40,000 nucleotides of DNA, taken from NCBI RefSeq assembly GCF_965118875.1, contig NZ_CBCPJD010000009.1, forward strand, positions 109,688 through 149,687, read 5' to 3'. This DNA comes from Morganella psychrotolerans (GTDB lineage: Bacteria > Pseudomonadota > Gammaproteobacteria > Enterobacterales > Enterobacteriaceae). The notes beneath the pieces were generated by a model that searched no databases, was not told where the DNA came from, and was given only the letters and a program-made list of their open reading frames with translations. The first letter of the stretch is position 1; the number at the start of each line of letters is the position of its first letter. Shown piece by piece: positions 24,690 to 31,749 of this stretch. The position numbers were made by a program, and so were the translations under genes.

Positions 24690-24918
24690 TTCCAACCTGT
24701 AACGATAGCTTACAGGTTCAACTCTCCGGAATTTCCGGATAGTTCGATTTGCTTATTTGGTACCCTCACCGATGAGGGCACCATCCCCACCATATCGAGA
24801 ACATCCTCGTAATGGTTCCAATACGCCGCCACAGAATCCTGAACAAACAAACGTAACCATCGCAGAGATACTGTGCGCGGCACCCTATTAACTGAATCCT
24901 CCACAACAGGGGGCGAGT

Positions 24919-25236
24919 ATGAATCATATGAATAAAACCCCTGAATTTTGGGAGCAGGTACTCAGCTACCTTTCTCAATATAAAGACCAAGGCGTATTTG
25001 CTGCTCTCGCTGGTTTGGTTGCCGGCTTGCGTGGGATGTACAACGGCGGCGGATGGAAGAAGACACTGCTGGACGCCGTTCTGTGTGCAGTCCTCGGTTG
25101 GTTTGCTAAAGACCTGCTGGCATTTATGGGTCTGAATCAGGATCTGGCCTATATCACCAGCGTCATGATTGGCTACTGGGGCGTAGAGAAGGTAAGCGGC
25201 ATGATTAAAGGTAAAGCGGGAGTGAATAATGAGTAA
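24919..25236 (+). CDS. S: Class I holin, lambda S family
   Basis: 105 aa. Blocks LRGMYNGGGWKKTLLDAVLCAVLGWF and LAYITSVMIGYWG parallel lambda S. SD AGGGGG lies 5 nt upstream. Two in-frame Met codons (M1 and M4) allow a possible dual start. Confidence 0.85.
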   Translation: MNHMNKTPEFWEQVLSYLSQYKDQGVFAALAGLVAGLRGMYNGGGWKKTLLDAVLCAVLGWFAKDLLAFMGLNQDLAYITSVMIGYWGVEKVSGMIKGKAGVNNE

Positions 25237-25645
25237 ACCAGCACGCGGCGAACGCAACAATAATCCGGGTAATATCGACTACAATCCACGTAATCCGTGG
25301 CAAGGACAGTTGCCGCATGACCCAAAAATCGAATCCCGATTCTGCCGGTTCCAATCACCTGAGTATGGCATCCGGGCAATCTATAAATTGCTTCAGACAT
25401 ATCAGACAAAATACGGTCTGAGTTCAGTCAAAGCCATCATCAACAAATACGCACCACCGAATGAAAACAACACCGGCGGTTACATCAACCGCGCTGCTGC
25501 TGATATCGGTATCGGCATTAATGACCACCTGAACACCAAAGACAAAAAGACCGGCATTGCGCTGGCGACTGCGATTGTCGGCGTTGAGCTGGGATATCAA
25601 CCGTATGGTGCAGATGTGTTTGAAAAGGCGTGGGGATTGCTTTAA
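25229..25645 (+). CDS. Putative endolysin (small P5-like / RNNNPGNI-motif peptidoglycan hydrolase family)
   Basis: 138 aa. Its start overlaps the end of the holin gene. It carries the ERNNNPGNI motif. The call rests mainly on its position between holin and spanins. Confidence 0.6.
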   Translation: MSKPARGERNNNPGNIDYNPRNPWQGQLPHDPKIESRFCRFQSPEYGIRAIYKLLQTYQTKYGLSSVKAIINKYAPPNENNTGGYINRAAADIGIGINDHLNTKDKKTGIALATAIVGVELGYQPYGADVFEKAWGLL

Positions 25646-25668
25646 CCCGTTAACTGAATACAGCTTAC

Positions 25669-25700
25669 AGCCCTGACATCGTGCAGGGCTTTCTTTTTTT
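25669..25700 (+). terminator. Rho-independent terminator inside the lysis cassette
   Basis: A 7-bp stem agccctg/cagggct (25669-25690) is followed by TTTCTTTTTTT. Confidence 0.75.
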
Positions 25701-25834
25701 CGGCGCACTGACATGCGCGAAATTCATCCGAGTGCTTATAGAAATAGAGCCTGAGAAACATCGCTAAAGGTGGCGACCTCTCTCGGGGCGGTATTTCTAT
25801 GTCAGCAGGTTCTATCTCTATAGGAAATACGTTT

Positions 25835-26524
25835 ATGAAACATTTAATTAAAAAATCAGGCAATCAGCCCGTGGTAAACACAGATGTTATCGCAAGTGAA
25901 TTCGGGCGTGATCACTTTCGTGTAATGAACAGCATCGAATCACTGATAGCGTCTCAGCATTTAGGAGTCTCCGATTTCAGAGCCTCCTCTTATATCACTA
26001 AGCAGAAAAAGGAACTGCCGTGTTATGAGCTGACTGAACGTGGATTTTTGATTGCCATGCCGTTTATCGGCGGCGAAAAAGCAAAGGACGGTCAGGTTCG
26101 CCTGGTCGACAGCTTCATCCGGTTCCGCGAGAAAGCGAAAAAAGAAGAGGAAATCCGGCGTCAGCGTGATGTTGCCAGAATGGAATACCGCCCGATGTCT
26201 GATGCGCTGAAAGTAAGCCGTGAGCAGGAAGGGAAAGAAACGGAGTATTTTCATTACAGTACCGAAGCCGACATGATAAACGGTATTGTTCTGGGTAAAA
26301 AATCAGCCAAATTTAAAAAAGAAAATGATATCGGGAAAGATGAGGCTATCCGTGATTATTTAACCCGGTGGCAGATCAAAGCTATTACTGAGTTGCAGCG
26401 GGCGAATACGGTATTTATCTCTATGGGGTGGGATTATCACCAGAGAAAGGATTCGTTGCAGGGTATCTATAATAAAAACTACCACAAACCGCTGATGGAA
26501 GAACAGGCGAGGTTAAATGAATGA
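25835..26524 (+). CDS. rha: Rha-family phage regulatory protein
   Basis: QPVVNTDVIASEFGRDHFRVMNSIESLI...LPCYELTERGFLIAM fits the Phage_pRha pattern. ATG 25835 (SD AGGAAA 7 nt upstream) is preferred over 25799. Confidence 0.7.
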   Translation: MKHLIKKSGNQPVVNTDVIASEFGRDHFRVMNSIESLIASQHLGVSDFRASSYITKQKKELPCYELTERGFLIAMPFIGGEKAKDGQVRLVDSFIRFREKAKKEEEIRRQRDVARMEYRPMSDALKVSREQEGKETEYFHYSTEADMINGIVLGKKSAKFKKENDIGKDEAIRDYLTRWQIKAITELQRANTVFISMGWDYHQRKDSLQGIYNKNYHKPLMEEQARLNE

Positions 26525-26976
26525 TGACCACGCTAACTAAAGCATTAGTCGGTATCTGCGGTGTGCTGCTCATCGGCTTGTTGTTTACCCTGCATCTTTA
26601 CGGCGGGCTGAAAGATAATTATCAGCTGCTGTTCACACAGTTCAGTGAGCAGGTCGCCATCAACAAAGATTACAAGTCCCGCATTCAGTCATTTCACGAA
26701 CTCGACACTATGTACACGCAGGAGTTAACCAATGCAAAAACTGAGATTGATAGCCTGCGTGATGCTGTTAAGTCTGGCAATAAGCGCGTGTACGTCCGCG
26801 CCGAGTGTCCAAAGACCGGAACCGATACCGCCACCGGCATGGATGATGGCAGACCCGCCACCTTGGCGAGAGACGCTGAACCGGATTATTTTCATCTCCG
26901 CAAGCAGCTTGAAACTTTGGAAAAGCAATACCTTGGTTTGAGGGATTACGTGAGAGCCGAGTTCCCAGCTAAATAG
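26521..26976 (+). CDS. Rz: i-spanin Rz
   Basis: 151 aa with an N-terminal TM segment (ALVGICGVLLIGLLF) and coiled-coil sequence. The block GMDDGRPATLARDAEPDYFHLRKQL parallels lambda Rz. Confidence 0.85.
   Translation: MMTTLTKALVGICGVLLIGLLFTLHLYGGLKDNYQLLFTQFSEQVAINKDYKSRIQSFHELDTMYTQELTNAKTEIDSLRDAVKSGNKRVYVRAECPKTGTDTATGMDDGRPATLARDAEPDYFHLRKQLETLEKQYLGLRDYVRAEFPAK
26732..26941 (+). CDS. Rz1: o-spanin Rz1, embedded in the +1 frame of Rz
   Basis: Signal plus lipobox MQKLRLIACVMLLSLAISAC. The mature part is Pro-rich (PEPIPPPAWMMADPPPW..TLNRII) and parallels lambda Rz1. SD AGGAG lies 7 nt upstream. Confidence 0.8.
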   Translation: MQKLRLIACVMLLSLAISACTSAPSVQRPEPIPPPAWMMADPPPWRETLNRIIFISASSLKLWKSNTLV

Positions 26977-27050
26977 CGGGCAATACGGGAAATTGAACAA
27001 CAACGCCTCGCTAAATAGCGGGGCGTTTTACCATCAGAGGAACAAAAACT

Positions 27051-27257
27051 ATGTTTGAACATGAATTAGGTCAGATTGTACAGGTCACTATCAGTGGTGA
27101 AGAAGGTCACATCAAAGCCCGTGCTGAATATCGCAATGGGCCGAATCAATACTTCATTCACTATTTAACCGCTGATGGTCGTGGTGTTGATGGCTGGTTT
27201 GAAGAGGGTGAGCTGACAGGAAAGCCAGCAGTAATGGTCATGAAGTCAGAGCACTGA
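27051..27257 (+). CDS. Hypothetical small protein (68 aa)
   Basis: ORF downstream of the spanins. No recognisable motif. Confidence 0.5.
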   Translation: MFEHELGQIVQVTISGEEGHIKARAEYRNGPNQYFIHYLTADGRGVDGWFEEGELTGKPAVMVMKSEH

Positions 27258-27267
27258 TTATTTTTAC

Positions 27268-27286
27268 ATACGGGATTTTCTCGTAT
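27268..27286. repeat. Second copy of the ATACGGG-N5-CTCGTAT hairpin element
   Basis: atacggg-atttt-ctcgtat has the same 7-nt arms as 24454-24472. Only the loop differs. No U-tract follows. Confidence 0.6.
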
Positions 27287-27504
27287 CTTATGCGTGCGTT
27301 GTCGCAGTCTCTCTGTGTTAACCATGACCCGTCTATCTTATGCGGCGAGTGCACAGTGAGAATCAAAAACAACGAATCCAGCATTTATCATGTGCGTAGA
27401 CAGGAACGTCAACTGTCGGAGAGTCAGGCGTGACAGCCGGAGAGACGGCGATATTCCAATCATCATTTACGAGTGGTGAGTGGAATGTAAATTCAGGGGT
27501 ATCC

Positions 27505-28164
27505 ATGGCTAATCTTACAGACCTAACCAACCAACTCCGAACTCTGCGAAAGCAAATACCATTCGCGACAGCCCAGGCAATGACCTCAGTCGTCAGGAAG
27601 ATTGAGGGCGCACAGAAAGTGGCAATACAGCGGCATCTGGATAACCCGACACCGTTTACTGTCGGTGGTGTGAGAAGTAAGGGTGCCAGAAAGGCTGATT
27701 TAGCCGCTAAAGTATTTATTCTGCCGACTGCCGCCGGTTACCTTGAGCCATTTGAAACGGGCGGGGTGCATAAACTCAATGGGGCGGCGCTTCTGAACCC
27801 GAAAAGCATCAGACTCAATAAGTACGGGAACTTACCGCGTAACAAGCTAAGCAGCCTTAAGAATAAAGAAAACGTATTTATTGGTGAGCTATCCACTCGT
27901 TACGGCAAAGGTGTCAACGGTGTGTGGGAGCGAAAGAAAGCTAAAAAAGTCAAGAAGAACCGGAAACGACTAAAGCGGTCACCAAACGGAACGCGGCGTG
28001 AACGAATGCCATCCAGACCGCCGAAACTGTTAATCCGGTTCGGTGATGCCCTGCCTGTTGAGCCGGTACTGGGATATCAGGACAGAGCAATGAAGATGAC
28101 ACAGGCGCTATTGCCGCAGGAGATTAACCGGGCGATAGAAGAGGCGATACGGACGGCGAGGTGA
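27505..28164 (+). CDS. Hypothetical protein with a highly basic C-terminal region
   Basis: ORF 27430..28164. ATG 27505 follows AGGGG at 5-nt spacing. The basic tract is ERKKAKKVKKNRKRLKRSPNGTRRERMPSRPPK. Family not recognised. Confidence 0.55.
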   Translation: MANLTDLTNQLRTLRKQIPFATAQAMTSVVRKIEGAQKVAIQRHLDNPTPFTVGGVRSKGARKADLAAKVFILPTAAGYLEPFETGGVHKLNGAALLNPKSIRLNKYGNLPRNKLSSLKNKENVFIGELSTRYGKGVNGVWERKKAKKVKKNRKRLKRSPNGTRRERMPSRPPKLLIRFGDALPVEPVLGYQDRAMKMTQALLPQEINRAIEEAIRTAR

Positions 28165-28167
28165 GCA

Positions 28168-28719
28168 ATGAAAGTAACAGTAGAGCATAACGGTGTAACC
28201 ATCTGGTACCGCGACAGTGAAAGCGGTGAAGGTGTGGCATCCCGTGGATATCTGACAGATGGTACTCAGCAGAAGATTGTCACAGCACTGATTGATGCGC
28301 TGACAAAGGCTAATGGTGAAATGTCATTATCACAGCCATTGCAGCAGGTCAGCTTGACCGCCTCAGATGAACAACTGAAAGAGATAGCTGAAGAACTACG
28401 GACGTTTCGGGCATCTATGCCAGTGTTGTACTTTCCACAGGATACTATCGTAGATAGTCCGAAAATCAAGATAACAACACAGCAGGTATCGTCAGAAAAA
28501 ACAGCGGGTACCAGCATCAACTGTTTAGAGGTGATGCAATTGGAAATCGAATCTGCGCTGAAATATATTAAATCAGAGCAGTGCAAGAACCCCAACGAGT
28601 TGGCAGTTTGCATTACTCAGTCACTGATGGATTACTGCCTGGCTAAGGTTGGTGAGCTGCCGGAAAATAATAAAAAACGTATTGCTTGTCAACGGAATAA
28701 GTGGTGGCGCTGCCCCTAG
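28168..28719 (+). CDS. Hypothetical protein (183 aa)
   Basis: Starts 3 nt after the previous stop. No recognisable motif. Confidence 0.55.
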   Translation: MKVTVEHNGVTIWYRDSESGEGVASRGYLTDGTQQKIVTALIDALTKANGEMSLSQPLQQVSLTASDEQLKEIAEELRTFRASMPVLYFPQDTIVDSPKIKITTQQVSSEKTAGTSINCLEVMQLEIESALKYIKSEQCKNPNELAVCITQSLMDYCLAKVGELPENNKKRIACQRNKWWRCP

Positions 28720-28804
28720 AATTTTTTGGGTCCTTCCCCGCACTTTTGTATGTCACGGGCATTGCGCGCCGCGTTCTGCGTCTAGCTGTGAAATTTTGAT
28801 TTTG

Positions 28805-28959
28805 TGTCCCATGTCCCATGACGGCGGTCAGGTGTTTTTATTTCTGATTCAGTCGGTTACATAAAAAATCGCTGAGTTTTGTGTCCCATGAAATGTGGGA
28901 CATGTCCCACGCAATGTCCCATATGTCCCGATGTCCCACGTCAGCAGGAAAATGTCCCA
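28805..28959. repeat. Array of nine TGTCCCA heptamers (candidate terminase small-subunit / cosB-pac recognition sites)
   Basis: Direct TGTCCCA copies start at 28805, 28812, 28882, 28903, 28915, 28932 and 28953. The variant TGTCCCG is at 28924. An inverted TGGGACA at 28896 forms the palindrome TGGGACATGTCCCA (28896-28909). The array lies immediately 5' of terS and runs into it. Confidence 0.8.
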
Positions 28960-29540
28960 TGACCACGATGAATATTTCCGACTATGCGAATCATGCCGGG
29001 GTGAACCGGAAGACGATCACCCGCTGGATGCAGAGCGGAAAATACATCGTGAAAGTTGGTGATGATATCGATGTGGAAGCCAGCGACAAGAACCTGAAAA
29101 AGTATCGGGACAGTCAGGATCTGCGCACTAAGAATGCGGCGAAAAAAACTGAGGCTCCGGAAAAGAAACCTGCCAAAGATAAAGGCAACTTTCAGCAGCG
29201 CGCCGAATCCGTATATGCCGGACTGGTTTCCGGTGATGAACAGGTTCGCGACCTTGAAGAATCCCGCGCCATCAAAGAACACTATTTTGCGGAGCTGGCC
29301 CGGCTGGAGTATGAAGAGAAATCCGGTCTGGTGCTGCCGTGGCAGGACATGATCGATAAAATCGGTGAAGAGTACCACGCCATGCGGACCCGGCTGATTG
29401 CGATAGCACCGGAGCACGGTCCCCGCCTGCGGTCGCTGGCACTTACCTCCTCAGATGCTGAGTTTGTGGCAGCGGTGCAGGACATTATTCATGAGGCGAT
29501 GGAGGAATTAAGCCTTGATCACAGTGAACAGGGGGGATAA
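28959..29540 (+). CDS. Terminase small subunit (Nu1-like, N-terminal HTH)
   Basis: MTTMNISDYANHAGVNRKTITRWMQSGKY is an HTH comparable to the lambda Nu1 N-terminus. It directly precedes and overlaps the gpA-like gene. ATG 28959 (AGGAAA 8 nt upstream) is preferred over the repeat-derived start at 28881. Confidence 0.75.
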   Translation: MTTMNISDYANHAGVNRKTITRWMQSGKYIVKVGDDIDVEASDKNLKKYRDSQDLRTKNAAKKTEAPEKKPAKDKGNFQQRAESVYAGLVSGDEQVRDLEESRAIKEHYFAELARLEYEEKSGLVLPWQDMIDKIGEEYHAMRTRLIAIAPEHGPRLRSLALTSSDAEFVAAVQDIIHEAMEELSLDHSEQGG

Positions 29541-31488
29541 TGCATGGCAGCAATTCACCCGCGCACTGGGTCATAAACGCGCTGTTATCAGACCTCCGGA
29601 AGCCTTATCGCTGAGCGAATGGGCAAACAAATACGCAGTGTTGTCGAAAGAGAATGCCGCACAGACCGGGCGATTCCGGTCATTCAAATATCAGGACGGC
29701 ATGATGGATGCCATTACTGACCCTGCGGTAACAAAGGTGTCGGTGATGAAATCTGCCCGTGTCGGCTATACAAAGATTCTTGACCACGTTGTCGGCTATT
29801 ACCTTGCACATGACCCGTCCCCGATACTTGTCGTGCAACCGCGTGTGGATGATGCTGAGGACTACAGTAAAGGTGAAATAGCCCCGATGCTGCGTGATAC
29901 CCCTGTACTGAAAGCTATTGCCGGAGAGGCAAAAGCCAAAGACAGCGGGCAGACCATACTTAAAAAGCAATTCTCCAACGGCTCTAATTTAACGCTGGTG
30001 GGTGCGAACTCGCCCGCCGGCTTTCGTCGTATCACCTGCCGGATCATCCTGTTTGATGAAGTGGACGGTTTTCCGTCCGGCGGTGCCGGTTCAGAGGGAG
30101 ATCAGATTGCACTGGGTATCAAGCGCTCAGAGACATTCTGGAACCGTAAAATTGTACTGGGGTCAACGCCGACGGTGAAAAATGTCAGTCGTATCGAAAA
30201 ATCATTCAATGACAGCGACCAGCGTCATTACTGGGTGCCGTGTCCTCACTGCGGTGAATTTCAGATCCTAGAATGGGGCGGACCCGATACCCCTTACGGC
30301 ATGAAATGGGATAAAGACAAAGACGGCAACGGTCTGCCGGAGACCACGTATTACGTCTGCCGTCATAACGGTTGTGTTATTCACGACAGCGATAAATCTA
30401 TGATGATAAAAAAAGGTGAGTGGCGGACTGATCGTCCGTTTACCGGTCATGCCGGGTTTCATATCTGGGCGGCATACAGTCTGTTCCCGAATGCGGCATG
30501 GCCTAATCTTGTGGCTGAGTGGCTGGAAGTGAAAGACGACCCGTTAAGACGGCAGACTTTTATCAACCTGGTACTCGGTGAGCCGTATGAAGACCGGGGC
30601 GAAAAAGCCCTGAGCGAACAGAAATTACTGGAGCGGTGTGAGGTATGGGCGGCTGAAGTACCGGACGGTGTCACGCTTCTGACTGCCGGTATCGATACTC
30701 AGGATGATCGCTTTGAAATTGAAGTTGTCGGCTGGGGGCGCAGTGAAGAGAGCTGGTCAGTTTCGCATGATGTGATTGAAGGGGATCTGGAAACTGATGA
30801 GCCGTGGGAGCGTCTCGATGCCTACCTGAAACAAGTCTGGCGGCGGGCGGATGGTCACGGCTTCGTCATCATGGCGGCCTGCATGGACTCCGGCGGTCAC
30901 CATACTCAAAACGTGTACAACTTTTGTAAAGCGCGGCTCGGTCGCCAGATATGGGCGATCAAGGGTGAGTCGGCGCGGGGTGGCAAACGCTCTCCGATAT
31001 GGCCGACAAAGCGGATCACCTCCCGTTCAAAAACCGGGTTTAAGCCGGTGATTATCGGCGTGAATGCGGCAAAAGATGCCGTGCGCGGTCGCTTACACCT
31101 GGAGCCTCCGGAAGCCGGTGAGCCATCCCCGGCGTATATGCATTTCCCGGCAGATCGTGATTTACAGTATTTCGGGCAGATGCTGGCGGAGCGGTCGGTT
31201 GTTAAAACGGCGGGCGGTCAGCGATACCGCGTGTGGGAACAAATCCCCGGACGGGCAAACGAAGCCCTGGACTGTCGTGTATACAGCTATGCCGCGCTGT
31301 GCGGTCTGATGTATATGGGGCTGAAACTCAATGCCCTGGCTGACAATATTGCCGGTAATCCGGCACGTCTTATTGCGCCGCCGGCAGAGCCTCAGACCAA
31401 AACCAATCTGCGATTTCCCGGGGCAATTATCCCGGAACCAACCGAAGAGAAACCCAGGCGGAAGCGTATGTCTCAGCTTTTGCCATAA
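29515..31488 (+). CDS. Terminase large subunit (lambda gpA family)
   Basis: 657 aa. Blocks VMKSARVGYTK, GSTP, VPCPHCGEFQ, TAGIDTQDDRFE, NEALDCRVYSYAA parallel lambda gpA. It uses a TTG start with GGAGG 9 nt upstream. Confidence 0.9.
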   Translation: MITVNRGDNAWQQFTRALGHKRAVIRPPEALSLSEWANKYAVLSKENAAQTGRFRSFKYQDGMMDAITDPAVTKVSVMKSARVGYTKILDHVVGYYLAHDPSPILVVQPRVDDAEDYSKGEIAPMLRDTPVLKAIAGEAKAKDSGQTILKKQFSNGSNLTLVGANSPAGFRRITCRIILFDEVDGFPSGGAGSEGDQIALGIKRSETFWNRKIVLGSTPTVKNVSRIEKSFNDSDQRHYWVPCPHCGEFQILEWGGPDTPYGMKWDKDKDGNGLPETTYYVCRHNGCVIHDSDKSMMIKKGEWRTDRPFTGHAGFHIWAAYSLFPNAAWPNLVAEWLEVKDDPLRRQTFINLVLGEPYEDRGEKALSEQKLLERCEVWAAEVPDGVTLLTAGIDTQDDRFEIEVVGWGRSEESWSVSHDVIEGDLETDEPWERLDAYLKQVWRRADGHGFVIMAACMDSGGHHTQNVYNFCKARLGRQIWAIKGESARGGKRSPIWPTKRITSRSKTGFKPVIIGVNAAKDAVRGRLHLEPPEAGEPSPAYMHFPADRDLQYFGQMLAERSVVKTAGGQRYRVWEQIPGRANEALDCRVYSYAALCGLMYMGLKLNALADNIAGNPARLIAPPAEPQTKTNLRFPGAIIPEPTEEKPRRKRMSQLLP

Positions 31489-31497
31489 GGAGTGTCA

Positions 31498-31749
31498 ATG
31501 TCACAGGTTACCACGCTGCTTACAGGTATGAGCCCGGAGCAGTTAAAACAGGCACTTAATCAGGCACAGCAGGCGTATATCGATTTATCCACCGGAGCCA
31601 AAGGGGTGTCATTTTCTTATACGCAGGGTGACGGAACGCGCTCGGTGTCTTATCAGCAGACCAGCCTCGGTGATTTACTGGCGCTGATCCAGACGATACA
31701 GGCCATGCTCGGGATCTCCCGGAGACGACCGATAAGGGTGAGATACTGA
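31498..31749 (+). CDS. Head-tail joining protein gpW family
   Basis: It lies between terL and the portal gene, as in lambda. AAGGAG is 5 nt upstream of ATG 31498. The C-terminus (RRRPIRVRY) resembles the gpW tail. Confidence 0.7.
   Translation: MSQVTTLLTGMSPEQLKQALNQAQQAYIDLSTGAKGVSFSYTQGDGTRSVSYQQTSLGDLLALIQTIQAMLGISRRRPIRVRY

Noticed and set aside
24333-24918. Search for tRNA genes in the Q-to-holin region, which are common in lambdoid and Stx phages
   Set aside because: No T-arm (GGTTCGAATCC-like) with matching acceptor and anticodon stems could be folded. ggttcaactctcc at 24715 does not form a T stem.
24919-24930. Lambda-style S107/S105 dual-start antiholin motif (Met1-Asn-His-Met4)
   Set aside because: Two in-frame Met codons exist, but the extra residues carry no Lys or Arg and I see no sdi-like stem-loop. 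It is noted in the feature evidence but not claimed as a regulated dual start.
24710-25260. Minus-strand ORFs 24710..24904 (64 aa) and 24766..25260 (164 aa)
   Set aside because: They are antisense to the well-supported lambda S-like holin and its upstream leader. They have no SD and their composition is odd, so they are probably spurious.
28881-28958. N-terminal extension of the terS ORF (MSHEMWDMSHAMSHMSRCPTSAGKCP)
   Set aside because: The repetitive MSH peptide is simply the TGTCCCA heptamer array read in frame. A better start (ATG 28959 with AGGAAA upstream) gives an N-terminal HTH like Nu1.
28805-28959. Possibility that the heptamer array is a CRISPR or other spacer-repeat locus
   Set aside because: The repeats are only 7 bp, irregularly spaced, partly abutting and partly inverted. 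There are no spacers of uniform length and no cas genes.
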